Virus record (IMG/VR): IMGVR_UViG_3300014059_000008
Span: 1-64,000 of that record
Strand: one strand, 5' to 3'
Length of the DNA: 64,000 bases
Source of the DNA: a virus
Lineage: Duplodnaviria > Caudoviricetes
Shown here: piece after piece, positions 18,399-27,627 of the stretch
Layout: each line of letters begins with the position of its first letter
How positions within the stretch are numbered: position 1 is the first letter of the stretch
Program-made: the position numbers and the translations under genes
Notes under the pieces: model-generated
The model's database searches: none
Told to the model about the DNA's origin: nothing
Seen by the model: only the letters and a program-made list of their open reading frames with translations

Positions 18399-19397
18399 CT
18401 AGACCGCTGGTCCCGAGTGCGGCTTAACGCGCAGCATGGTCAGCTTGGCAGAGTTGGCACCGGCCACGTCGAACAAGCCTTCGATCGTGATATCCGTCTC
18501 GGGGTCTGACAGATCCACGGTGATGTTGCTGGCAGAGCTGGCATTGCTCGACACCACGGCGGTGTCGCCCTTAACGGACGCAGTGGCCATGACTTTGATC
18601 GCGCCCGATGCGCCAGTGGTGACGATATAGGCGTCGAGCTTGATCTCCATCGTGTCGCCAGCGTTGACCGGATCAAGCGCGGCGAAGGTGGCGATGACAG
18701 TACCACCTAGCTTGACGCGCGCCTGAAACGTGGTGAGATATGGGGCCGACAGAGCGACCAGCGCGACAACGCTGAATCCGCCACCAGCCTGCAGCGTACG
18801 CGGATCAATCGTGACCTTCTTGTCAAACTCTGCAAACGCAATGCCGTTGAGGACCGCGCTGTCTGCCAGGGTAATCCCAGACAGAGGAGCCGCCCCAGCG
18901 CGTGACCCAAGGCCAAGCATAATGCGGGAGTTGGGGAAGCCAACACCAACTACGTAGGGGTCCGTCACCCCGGAAGGGTAGTTGCTATCACCGACCTTAG
19001 CGGCAAGGCCATTGGTGCCGACGATGTAGTCAGCGCCAACGGTGGCACCGGCCACTTCGATGTCATCTTCCAGCTCGCGAAGCACGAGGTGCAGACCATC
19101 ATGCTCATCGAGAACGAAGTCAGGCTTGGAGCCAGCGGGCGCAACGTCGAACAGGGCCGAGCTGTTCTCTTCGTCGATGGCTGGCAGCGCCGAACCAACC
19201 AGAACCATGAACAGGCCCTTGGTCAGAAGCGCGGCAACGGTGGAATCTTTGGCGCGGCCAAAGACAAAATCAGGCGAGCACGGCACAGCGCCCGAGGTGC
19301 CGCCGCCCTGGAACTCAAAGCATAGCTTGGAATTGACGGGGCCAGCCGCGAGAACTAGCTCCTCGCCGATTGCTTTGTCGCGTGTATTGGTGGACAT
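18399..19397 (-). CDS. Putative head decoration/fibre protein
   Basis: Beta-rich, 332 aa; between portal and scaffold. Confidence 0.45.
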   Translation of the reverse strand: MSTNTRDKAIGEELVLAAGPVNSKLCFEFQGGGTSGAVPCSPDFVFGRAKDSTVAALLTKGLFMVLVGSALPAIDEENSSALFDVAPAGSKPDFVLDEHDGLHLVLRELEDDIEVAGATVGADYIVGTNGLAAKVGDSNYPSGVTDPYVVGVGFPNSRIMLGLGSRAGAAPLSGITLADSAVLNGIAFAEFDKKVTIDPRTLQAGGGFSVVALVALSAPYLTTFQARVKLGGTVIATFAALDPVNAGDTMEIKLDAYIVTTGASGAIKVMATASVKGDTAVVSSNASSASNITVDLSDPETDITIEGLFDVAGANSAKLTMLRVKPHSGPAV

Positions 19398-19409
19398 GGA
19401 TGCAAGCTC

Positions 19410-21074
19410 CTATTGTGCGGTTACTGCATTAGCAGCCACGCTGTTAAGCGCAGCTGCGCGGATACTATCATATGAGGCTTCTATGGTAGCACCGATCTCT
19501 TGATCAAGTACGTTCAAACGCGCCTCTGTTGCGCTTGGAATCGCGGACCTAATCGTCTTGCTCATGATGTCTTTGAGTGCTTCCTTGCCCCATGGGAGCG
19601 TCATGAGCTTGAGTGCTTCATCGATTTGAGTCGAGTACCTATCGACATCAAACACCGTCGGGCGAATGACCTCAATGTCGGATAGCACTTCCTCGCGAAA
19701 GGACATTGCGCGGCCAGCTATCACGATGAGGTTGCGCTCGCAGGATTCCAGGTTTTTCGCTGCGTTTCTAAGCATGCTACTGGTCTGCTGGAAGCGGATG
19801 CGCATCGCTTCAGCAGTTTCGGTGTAGCGTCGAGAGTTTAGGTCCAGGCCCGAGATCGTATGCAGCATCTCGGTCGTGCCTTCCATGCGCTTCTCGTAGA
19901 CCTCTGCAGCAGCTGGATCTGGCGTGATGAAACGGTGAATGCCCTTGGTGTCGTGATCTTCCACCAGCGCGTTGCCGATACCGACCGACTGCTGCCCCTG
20001 TACCGTCTGAGCTTTGCGCGGCATGATGAGCTGAGAGAACGTCTGCCCACGCATGATATTGCGCAGCTCAGAGTTCTGCTGAAACAGATCCCAGGCCACC
20101 TTGGCAATGTTGTAGATCTGCGGCAGTCCAGACGATGCCACGACGCCAAATCCTTCATCCCATGAGCAGAACTCTACTGGGATGCGCCCGTGGTAGTTCA
20201 CGCCCTTGGTTTCCGAAATGATGCGCCCTGTGTCCGGCTCGAAATACCCGTTGCCCTTAGCGTGCTTCGGTGGTGGCATCAGGATCACGTAGCGCTCCCA
20301 GCGGTCTGGGTAGAGGTACGTGATGTGCTCCTCATAGAGCTTTTCGTCCATCATCGACGTGCGCTTATGCTCGTGCATCGTCGAGATTTTAAGTCCAGTG
20401 ACTTCCCCGCTCGGCTCGATGTCGATGTCGAGAATTTCCTGCGGGCACAGCGGCACCACGTACGGCATGCGCTCGGCCATCGCAGATGCGGTCATCTGGT
20501 CGGGCGCAACGTCTGCGGGCGAATCGACAAGCACGCCGGTCCACCCGAAGATCTGGGTGCGAAGCCCGGTGTTGCGCATGCAGTGCGACATGGACCGCTG
20601 CCGCGAGTCGGCCTTGTCGATCCACTTGGCCAGCGCGGGCGGGATGTTGTTGCGCTGGGGCTCTTGCTGAAACAGCAGCGAGTTCGTGACGCGCACAATC
20701 TTTTCGACGGGATTGTGGTAGGACGCGCACATGATCCGGTCGCGGTAGGCATCCTGGTCTTCACCGCTAAACGCCACCAAGTAGCTCGCCGGGTTCTGGG
20801 TCGCTCGCTTGGCTACGGTTTCTTGAGGCTGCATGTACCGGTCACGCGAATTGATCCACGCAGACCGGCCACGCTCATATGCCCGACGGCCCCAGAACGG
20901 GGCGTCAGGTGCTGGGATGAGGCCGTTCTGGAAGCCGCCGCCACCGACATACGCATCGAGCAGAAAGTTATGCAGGATGCGCTCCTCTTCGTACCCACCG
21001 CGCGTGTAGCGAAGTAGGCACAGCAGCTTGCGCTCTGCCTCACTCTTCTGGCCAAAGTACTCTTCGATATTCAT
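19410..21074 (-). CDS. Portal protein
   Basis: EDQDAYRDRIMCASYHN, GWTGVLVDSP, PYVVPLCPQEILD, GRIPVEF, ETAEAMRIRF. Confidence 0.9.
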   Translation of the reverse strand: MNIEEYFGQKSEAERKLLCLLRYTRGGYEEERILHNFLLDAYVGGGGFQNGLIPAPDAPFWGRRAYERGRSAWINSRDRYMQPQETVAKRATQNPASYLVAFSGEDQDAYRDRIMCASYHNPVEKIVRVTNSLLFQQEPQRNNIPPALAKWIDKADSRQRSMSHCMRNTGLRTQIFGWTGVLVDSPADVAPDQMTASAMAERMPYVVPLCPQEILDIDIEPSGEVTGLKISTMHEHKRTSMMDEKLYEEHITYLYPDRWERYVILMPPPKHAKGNGYFEPDTGRIISETKGVNYHGRIPVEFCSWDEGFGVVASSGLPQIYNIAKVAWDLFQQNSELRNIMRGQTFSQLIMPRKAQTVQGQQSVGIGNALVEDHDTKGIHRFITPDPAAAEVYEKRMEGTTEMLHTISGLDLNSRRYTETAEAMRIRFQQTSSMLRNAAKNLESCERNLIVIAGRAMSFREEVLSDIEVIRPTVFDVDRYSTQIDEALKLMTLPWGKEALKDIMSKTIRSAIPSATEARLNVLDQEIGATIEASYDSIRAAALNSVAANAVTAQ

Positions 21075-21079
21075 GGGAC

Positions 21080-21511
21080 CTAGACGGGTTCCACTTCAGC
21101 GTTGTTCATCTTGACCAGCTCTTCTTGATCAAGACCCAGCTCGACTTCGTACTGCTCAAAGTCAGCGCCTGCCACTTTCAGCGTACACCCGAGCGTCACC
21201 ATGTTGTAGGCGACCTTTTTGGATACGCCAGCGACAAGGTGCTCGATCCATACGGTGTACCGCTTCTGACTCGCTTTGCCATAAAAGTCTAGAAAGGCTG
21301 GCGTGTCTTGCAGTATCCCGGTAGCGCCCGGTGGCTGGTATAGGAGCTTCAGCGCGCGGCACGGTACGACTCGGCTCGGTTGCTCTGGCCGGAAGTACTC
21401 GTACCACACGCGGAAGACCTCAAAGCTGAGTAGCCCGTCGATGGCAGCGGCGTCGCCATAGACCTTACCGTGTCCCTCAGCGATTTTTAGCTTAGTGATT
21501 GTTACGGCCAT
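21080..21511 (-). CDS. Hypothetical protein in head operon
   Basis: ORF with RBS, tightly packed. Confidence 0.55.
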   Translation of the reverse strand: MAVTITKLKIAEGHGKVYGDAAAIDGLLSFEVFRVWYEYFRPEQPSRVVPCRALKLLYQPPGATGILQDTPAFLDFYGKASQKRYTVWIEHLVAGVSKKVAYNMVTLGCTLKVAGADFEQYEVELGLDQEELVKMNNAEVEPV

Positions 21512-21532
21512 AGCGCGACACCGCTCCCCAGG

Positions 21533-22078
21533 TTAGAAGTTTTCGAGGCTCAGCGAGACAGCAGCCGAGTGAACGTGACCCTCATAGTTGCGAAGGATCG
21601 CGTTGATCACGGTGATGTTCGTGGCCGAGTCCACCGGGACCGTCATGATCGCAGGCGTCAAGATGATGCGGTTGTGCGCATCATCGTTGGCAAAATGCTG
21701 ATTGACGGCGGTGCGGTACTGATCGAGTAGAGTCGAGAGCGTGGCAACGTCGGTCGCATCGGGCGCAGTGATTAGCGCCGCGTTGGCAGTGTCGGCAACC
21801 TTGTGCGCGTACGTCGCATCGGCGAAGTGAGCCAGGATGAACGGGCGCAGCGCGTTGGCCTTGGTGATGGCTTCGGCGTGCGTGGTAGCTGGCGCGAAGC
21901 TGGCAGGAACCTGGTTTACCGCGTCGGTCTGGCGTGGGTCGAAGGTGAACGCTTCATTCACCACAGCGTTGTGGACCGCATAGCCGGAACGCTTTTGGTT
22001 ATCGGCATACAGCGCCAGAAGCTGCACGGCAGCAGCAGCCTGGATAGGCGGGGTGCCAAGGATTGACTTCGTGTACAT
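21533..22078 (-). CDS. His-pair repeat protein (paralogue of 1415..2380)
   Basis: AHFADATYAHKVAD versus GHFALAD..IYAHKVPD. Confidence 0.6.
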   Translation of the reverse strand: MYTKSILGTPPIQAAAAVQLLALYADNQKRSGYAVHNAVVNEAFTFDPRQTDAVNQVPASFAPATTHAEAITKANALRPFILAHFADATYAHKVADTANAALITAPDATDVATLSTLLDQYRTAVNQHFANDDAHNRIILTPAIMTVPVDSATNITVINAILRNYEGHVHSAAVSLSLENF

Positions 22079-22105
22079 GGATGGGACTCCGAGGGGCTAA
22101 GTTGT

Positions 22106-22780
22106 TTACGCGGGCTCTCTGATGTCGATGGCAATTTCAGCGTAGGAAATGCCACCTATCACGATAGGGCTTGCGCTTTTGTTCGATCCAACAATTGCGC
22201 CAGTGTCACCCATAACGCGCGGGCGTGCAATACCCGCTGCGCCTGCTACCATTTCTTTGCCGACTACCAGCGCGACCATGGGATCAATCGCTGCGAGCTT
22301 GGTTCCGCTCTCTGCAAACTCCACAGCGGAGTTTTTCGCTACGCTACCCGAGGTAGTCGATACGCCAGACAGCACCGCTTCGTTGTTGCCAGCAGCCTTT
22401 ACGCCGATAAGCTCCCACTCGACGCGGTACTCAGCTTCAGGATTCACATCGGGCGTGATGCTGACAATCGACGCGCACGAAGCGTTGGTCACGATCGCGC
22501 CGCCGCCAGCTGGGATTGAGACTTCCTCCCGGCTGATCACGGGACCGGCGTACTCCCGATATCGCATGACGAACTTGGTCGCCTTGCCCATGGCTCCAAC
22601 GGTAATGCGGACGCGCCATCGCGAGCCGGGTAGTGGGTTTGGCAGCTGCGCGCTGGTGAGTGCTACGGCTGCATCGCCCTTCGGTACAATGGCACCGGCC
22701 CCAGGAGACCGATACTCGACAGCTGGGGCCAGCAGCATGCCGAGCGTGATCATGCTCATTCCAAGGTTGTACTTTTTCAT
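22106..22780 (-). CDS. Putative virion protein
   Basis: Beta-rich Ala/Gly/Val composition; in head operon. Confidence 0.45.
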   Translation of the reverse strand: MKKYNLGMSMITLGMLLAPAVEYRSPGAGAIVPKGDAAVALTSAQLPNPLPGSRWRVRITVGAMGKATKFVMRYREYAGPVISREEVSIPAGGGAIVTNASCASIVSITPDVNPEAEYRVEWELIGVKAAGNNEAVLSGVSTTSGSVAKNSAVEFAESGTKLAAIDPMVALVVGKEMVAGAAGIARPRVMGDTGAIVGSNKSASPIVIGGISYAEIAIDIREPA

Positions 22781-22782
22781 GG

Positions 22783-23646
22783 TTAGTCAGCCTTTGCAGC
22801 AGTGAAGCTGTGCCGCACGTAGTCGATGAAGACCAGCGGGTTCGGGGTGTCGCTGATGATGTTCCACAAGCCGTAGACCTGAGGGTTTAGGCCGGGCAGG
22901 TCGATGACACCAAGCTCTACTCGGTTGCCGCCCCGCACGCAGTATCCCCGGTACTCGGTGCCGACCTTGTGGATCTCTAGCGCATCAAACGAGGGGATGG
23001 CTGGCAGCAGTAGCGGGCTACCCACTGGATCTGCATCAGCAGGCGGATAAGCATAGATCATCTGCACTTTCACAGGCAGATCGGCGTTCGTGTAGTCGGT
23101 GACTACCGAGAAGCCCACGAACTTGGTGAAGTCCATGTCATCAACGCCGTCTTTGTCGCCCATCAGAATCAGCGCGATGCCATCGTTATCCGTGACGGGG
23201 ATGCTCGATACATCCACTTCGCGGACAAAGGACCAAACCATCTGCCAGTTAGCAGGGGCGTTTCCTGAATCCAGGTTCTCAGCTTTGAGAACGCGGCGGA
23301 TGCCTTGCCCAACGGTCTGCATCGCATCAGCAACGCCCTGAATTACAAGGTGGCTCTTGCGGCTGCTGTTCACATCGTAGCGGGTCGTATCGGCTGGCGT
23401 AGTGAACGAGTCGCCACGGGCTACGCCGCCAAGCTCCCAGGTGCCGGTCTTGATCCAGCTTTCATCTAGGTCTGCTCCCTCAAACTCATCGTCCTCTGAG
23501 CTTGCAACCTGGGGCTTCTGGCTGGGGTCCCAAAAGCCAAACGTAGGCCCGCCGCTATTGCCGTCGCCGCCAGTGGTAGCGGTCAGTCCTTCGAGCATGA
23601 CAAGCGATGAGCGCTCATCATCCCACTTAACTGGATGTGTGGACAT
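22783..23646 (-). CDS. Putative virion protein with concanavalin/lectin-like beta-sandwich
   Basis: DDEFEGADLDESW start and VFIDYVR end, typical of ConA-like domains. Confidence 0.5.
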   Translation of the reverse strand: MSTHPVKWDDERSSLVMLEGLTATTGGDGNSGGPTFGFWDPSQKPQVASSEDDEFEGADLDESWIKTGTWELGGVARGDSFTTPADTTRYDVNSSRKSHLVIQGVADAMQTVGQGIRRVLKAENLDSGNAPANWQMVWSFVREVDVSSIPVTDNDGIALILMGDKDGVDDMDFTKFVGFSVVTDYTNADLPVKVQMIYAYPPADADPVGSPLLLPAIPSFDALEIHKVGTEYRGYCVRGGNRVELGVIDLPGLNPQVYGLWNIISDTPNPLVFIDYVRHSFTAAKAD

Positions 23647-23746
23647 GGATTGACTCCTCCGTGCAACCGTTTTCAGGCTGCTGTGTCGTAGATGTAAACG
23701 CGGGGAGTGTACTAGGCAGGGCAGGAATGCAACAGGGAAATGATGC

Positions 23747-24115
23747 CTACCAGCCGCGCTGCTGTGCGCGCTGGGCTCTGCGACCCTTGCGCCTACGTGG
23801 CACTAGGGCGGTCATCTCGTAGGCCGGTGGAGCGAATGGATAGGGCTGTATAGGCATGATGATCGCGGGCTGGTTGCCGATGATGCCTTCGCGCTCTGGG
23901 TGCTCTGGTAGATGCGCTGGGGTCACGGCAAACTTGGACACGTTCACTGCGTGGTAGGACAGTCGCGCCTGCTCTAGCTCGATGACTGCGACCTCTTGCT
24001 CTGGTGTCTCGTCATCTTGCTTTGGCACTGCTGCATGCGCGAATTGGTCCGCCACCAGCACGGGTGTCAGCAGGGCCAGCATCGTTGCTGCGCTTAGTCG
24101 GTTACGGTGATTCAT
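23747..24115 (-). CDS. Hypothetical protein with hydrophobic N-terminus
   Basis: Start MNHRNR with GGAG RBS. Confidence 0.5.
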   Translation of the reverse strand: MNHRNRLSAATMLALLTPVLVADQFAHAAVPKQDDETPEQEVAVIELEQARLSYHAVNVSKFAVTPAHLPEHPEREGIIGNQPAIIMPIQPYPFAPPAYEMTALVPRRRKGRRAQRAQQRGW

Positions 24116-24455
24116 TGGGTGCTCCATGTGAGGCCCTAAACTTTACCACGGCTTGCTCGACGATCTCCCAGGCCAGCGCGTGAGACATGGATCGGTCATA
24201 GGTACCAGTCTCGTGAAACGCATACGGGCCTTGAATCGACTGCGACACCGGGTGCTCGTCAGGCCACAAATCTATCGAGAAGACATCTGCCTTCTGGTGT
24301 GGCTGCAGCTTGTCTTTCGATAGGCTCACTCGCCATGTTTCATGACGCGCCCAGAAGTACAGCGCATGACCATCCACTTCGCCTTCGATCTGCACAGGGC
24401 AGTCAGAGCACGTCACCATTGCCCTGAAACCTTCCTTTTCTACGATGTACGACAT
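24102..24455 (-). CDS. Hypothetical phage protein
   Basis: CPVQIEGEVDGHALYFWARHETW motif. Confidence 0.6.
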   Translation of the reverse strand: MSYIVEKEGFRAMVTCSDCPVQIEGEVDGHALYFWARHETWRVSLSKDKLQPHQKADVFSIDLWPDEHPVSQSIQGPYAFHETGTYDRSMSHALAWEIVEQAVVKFRASHGAPNESP

Positions 24456-24700
24456 CAGGACACCGGCCTCAGCTCCCAGGTCCAGACCCAGCGGCCATGG
24501 GAGACGATGCGCACGGAATCATGCGGGTATATCTGCATGGCCTGCGATCTAGTGACCTGCCAACATGACGCGACAAGGGACCACTTGAATCCTTCGCCTG
24601 GATTGCGGCTAGGTCGTATTGGGAACGTCGGCGGATCTGCCGTTGCTACTTCATCGCTGTGAGTTACGTCGTACATTTTGCCGGTGCCTTTCTTGTACAA
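24455..24700 (-). CDS. Hypothetical protein
   Basis: Coupled to next gene (TGATG); start uncertain. Confidence 0.45.
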   Translation of the reverse strand: MYKKGTGKMYDVTHSDEVATADPPTFPIRPSRNPGEGFKWSLVASCWQVTRSQAMQIYPHDSVRIVSHGRWVWTWELRPVS

Positions 24701-24704
24701 GCCC

Positions 24705-24771
24705 GGACCATTTTCGTGACGCCACGAAATTGATCCAGGTCTGGTGAACTCTTCTAATTTTTCTAACGGTT
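24705..24771. repeat. Two adjacent intergenic imperfect palindromes
   Basis: GGACCATTTTCGTGACGCCACGAAATTGATCC (24705-24736) and AACTCTTCTAATTTTTCTAACGGTT (24747-24771). Confidence 0.6.
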
Positions 24772-24775
24772 GGTC

Positions 24776-25432
24776 CTAGCCTTCGATTGCGGCAGCTTCT
24801 CGTAGGGCTTCCTGGTCTGCAGCTACTGGATCTGCGGCTGGCTCAGCTGGGGCAAGTACTTCGCCCACAGCCTGCACTAGCTCAGCTTCCTCTTTTCCGA
24901 GCACCATAATCACTGACACACCGTCAGCTGGTCCGTAGTTACCTTCGACAGTAAAGCCAGTGATTCCCTGCGATTGCAGCAGGTTGTAGAGGCGCTGCGT
25001 TTCGGATATCAGTGCATCTTTCTTGGTGACGACAAAGGCGTGCTGGATCTCTAGTGTGCGCTGCTCTGGTGGCTTGGATTTTCCATCGCCGCAGTCAGTG
25101 ACATAGAAACCGTTTTCCTTCAGCAGCTTGACCAGCGGCGCAATGCCTGGGTCCGGCTCGCAGTCGCAGCCTCCATTGGCGATATTGACTGCGCCAGCTG
25201 CTAGCAAGGTATGTTCTTCGGTGATGCTGCCCTTTTCTTCGCTCATGTTCGATGTCTCCCTCTGTTTTGCAAAAATGCGGTCTGCCAGTTTTTCTAGCTT
25301 CCGCCTGTTCATGATGCGGTCAGTAAAAACGTACACCGCCAGCAGCACTGTCTGAACCACAAACGCCACCAAGCCAGCGCAGCCGATAGCAATGATGGTG
25401 GATTGCGTATCAGTCACGGACCACCTTCCCAT
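24776..25432 (-). CDS. Hypothetical protein with N-terminal transmembrane helix
   Basis: DPGIAPLVKLLKENGFYVTDCGDG. Confidence 0.55.
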   Translation of the reverse strand: MGRWSVTDTQSTIIAIGCAGLVAFVVQTVLLAVYVFTDRIMNRRKLEKLADRIFAKQRETSNMSEEKGSITEEHTLLAAGAVNIANGGCDCEPDPGIAPLVKLLKENGFYVTDCGDGKSKPPEQRTLEIQHAFVVTKKDALISETQRLYNLLQSQGITGFTVEGNYGPADGVSVIMVLGKEEAELVQAVGEVLAPAEPAADPVAADQEALREAAAIEG

Positions 25433-25658
25433 TTACGACTGAGCACTTCAGTCCCGATTCGCGCATGCGCCGCGTCTGCTCCAGGTCAAAATACAGGGCA
25501 TCGAGTTTATGTAACCTCTCACGGAATACTGCTAACTCCTGCGGAGTCAGTTCGGTAGCTGGTTTTTTCTTTCTGGCAGGAAGCATTTTTGCAATGCATA
25601 TAATCAGCGCCGACCCCGTGGCTAAAACACCGCATGTCATAGTTATGTTATCAATCAT
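25410..25658 (-). CDS. Small membrane protein
   Basis: Hydrophobic N-terminus. Confidence 0.45.
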   Translation of the reverse strand: MIDNITMTCGVLATGSALIICIAKMLPARKKKPATELTPQELAVFRERLHKLDALYFDLEQTRRMRESGLKCSVVNGKVVRD

Positions 25659-25792
25659 CGCCTAGCTCTTTTCATGCAGTTTATCTGTAAGCTCACACCA
25701 GCGGTCGGTCATTGTTTGGCGTGGCGGCAGAATTATTCTAGCCAGCACTACCGCGCAGCCAGAAAATCCAAGCACAAACAACAAAACGTCAC

Positions 25793-26011
25793 TCACTTCC
25801 CCTCCGTGCTGATCGTCTCAATGTCTTCCCACTTCACGATTCGGATATCGGTGCCCTTGACCGCTTCTGCCATGCGTTCGAGCTTATGAAGCACGCTCTC
25901 TTTGGCTTGCTGGTGGATCTTCTCCATGCTTAATTCCGACCCCCAGATTCCATCTGCTTTGATTCGCAGTGTCACTACTACCGATGCGCTCGCACTGATT
26001 CTCTTTGCCAT
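25793..26011 (-). CDS. Hypothetical protein
   Basis: GGCAGGAGT RBS. Confidence 0.6.
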   Translation of the reverse strand: MAKRISASASVVVTLRIKADGIWGSELSMEKIHQQAKESVLHKLERMAEAVKGTDIRIVKWEDIETISTEGK

Positions 26012-26037
26012 CTCGTACTCCTGCCTTGGTTGACGTT

Positions 26038-26511
26038 CTACCAGTCCGGGGTGCCGTTCTTCACTAGACCACCGTATCGATCAAACCGTTCGTGCGTGGC
26101 CCCGTATATTTTGCGCTTTCGTTCAAGGGTTTGTATCTCAAGTTCAACCTTGTGCCAGTTAGCTAGTGCATCTTTGAGTAGCACAAAGGCCCTACGGGCG
26201 ATGCCTTCAGCATATTCGCGGTCATCGAAGACAGCATGAAATGACGTGCTCCTGGTAAGCACCATGCCGTCTTCGCCGACTGTGCGCGGGTACGTCGTGA
26301 CCGGCGCTCGGTCGATGACGTTGTATGTGTGACCGTCCTCGCGCAAGTCCACATAAAACCCATTGTCGCACTCGCGCACTTGGCACTTGATATTCAGAGA
26401 GTCCCACTGTTTCTGGTCCTCGGTTCTGTCGTCTTCCGTCAGTGGCGAGTTCGGATCGACCGATACGATGCAGCGCTCAAAATCTACGTATGCCAATGGT
26501 GGATCTGTCAT
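26038..26511 (-). CDS. Hypothetical protein
   Basis: GGCAGGAGT RBS. Confidence 0.6.
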   Translation of the reverse strand: MTDPPLAYVDFERCIVSVDPNSPLTEDDRTEDQKQWDSLNIKCQVRECDNGFYVDLREDGHTYNVIDRAPVTTYPRTVGEDGMVLTRSTSFHAVFDDREYAEGIARRAFVLLKDALANWHKVELEIQTLERKRKIYGATHERFDRYGGLVKNGTPDW

Positions 26512-26535
26512 CTGCCGTACTCCTGCCTTGTCTCG

Positions 26536-26709
26536 CTAGTTGGGAAGCCGGTGAATCACCAGCATGACCCCATGTTCGTTCTCTTCCAGTGTCGGAGCAC
26601 ACCAGCACTCGCGCTCTTTTGGGTCTGTCCTGTGCTCCCTGCCTACAGTCGGGAAGATATGCACTGAGTCATCATCGACCGGGAAGATGGGGCAGACCTT
26701 CCATGCCAT
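26536..26709 (-). CDS. 57-aa His/Cys protein (below ORF-track cut-off)
   Basis: MAWKVCPIFPVDDDSVHIFPTVGREHRTDPKERECWCAP...VIHRLPN; TGATG-coupled to upstream ORF. Confidence 0.55.
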   Translation of the reverse strand: MAWKVCPIFPVDDDSVHIFPTVGREHRTDPKERECWCAPTLEENEHGVMLVIHRLPN

Positions 26710-26888
26710 CAGCTGCCTGCTCCGGTAAACACGCTATCCGGGTCAGAGCATGAACCATCCATGGTGCTGCGCTCGATGTCATTCACTGGCGGGTGCTGTT
26801 TTCCGCAGTGAGAGCAGACACCAAGCGTGCGACCATCGCTTAAAGGTGGCGGAACGCGCGTCTCGTATCGCGGTGGCTTGCGCGCCAT
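26709..26888 (-). CDS. 59-aa protein with CxxC (below ORF-track cut-off)
   Basis: MARKPPRY...CSHCGKQH...; TGATG-coupled on both sides. Confidence 0.5.
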   Translation of the reverse strand: MARKPPRYETRVPPPLSDGRTLGVCSHCGKQHPPVNDIERSTMDGSCSDPDSVFTGAGS

Positions 26889-27625
26889 CAGTTATCGCCA
26901 AGATACGCATGTGCCAGCTCTGCAATGGCCGCTGCGCTCTCGCGAGTCCATGGGCGGATTTTTCCCTCTTGCGCTGCAAAGTGCCGCGACCCTGCCAGGA
27001 TGGTGATGCTCACGCCATCAGGCACACCACCGTTTCTAGCGCAGTCGTCGATGCCAAGCTGACGGCATGCGGCCACCGATATTTCCAGCTTGCCAGACTT
27101 CTGCGGCCCTACGTCGTAGCCTTGAGCCCAGATCGTCACCCCTTTGTAGGTGATGGCTGCTAGGTCGCCCAGACCTACGCCACGATCGCGGAGCATGGTT
27201 CCAGGCAGCACCCACCCAGCTACTTGCGATGAATCGAAGTATCTCCTTGGGTCGCCTTCTGGGTAGCGCCCATCCACAAGCGCAGTCTCCGAAAGGTACG
27301 CCCCAGCTCCCGGCCCGCTTGTTTGCACAACCTTCTGCCCGGTCATGTTCTCGGGTGCGTCTAAGCCCTTGGGTTCCGTGCGTCCATCTTTCCACAAGCG
27401 GCGCGGGCCTTCATCGTCAGGATGGTAGGCCACAAGCGGCACCATCTGCTGCCCTGGCTCCACGTACAGACCGCGCGCCCGTGCTTCCTCTGCCGTGACT
27501 TGGTTAAGACCATTGGCCCCATCGGCGCACACTGCAGCGCCCAGACCAGTGACCCGGATCACGTCCTCTTGTATCTCTGGCACTTGGCCCCATGCCAGCA
27601 TCAATGCGAGTGCTTCAGCCATCAT
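26888..27625 (-). CDS. GH75 (chitosanase-like) glycoside hydrolase; candidate lysin
   Basis: CADGA, DPRRYFDSSQVAGWVLP, LGDLAAI, YDVGP..GKLEISVAACRQLG resemble GH75 motifs with catalytic Asp/Glu. Confidence 0.7.
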   Translation of the reverse strand: MMAEALALMLAWGQVPEIQEDVIRVTGLGAAVCADGANGLNQVTAEEARARGLYVEPGQQMVPLVAYHPDDEGPRRLWKDGRTEPKGLDAPENMTGQKVVQTSGPGAGAYLSETALVDGRYPEGDPRRYFDSSQVAGWVLPGTMLRDRGVGLGDLAAITYKGVTIWAQGYDVGPQKSGKLEISVAACRQLGIDDCARNGGVPDGVSITILAGSRHFAAQEGKIRPWTRESAAAIAELAHAYLGDN

Positions 27626-27627
27626 CC

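Noticed and set aside
23706-23734. Possible promoter for the head operon (TTGCAT...TACACT)
   Set aside because: Spacer is only 15 nt; too weak to call
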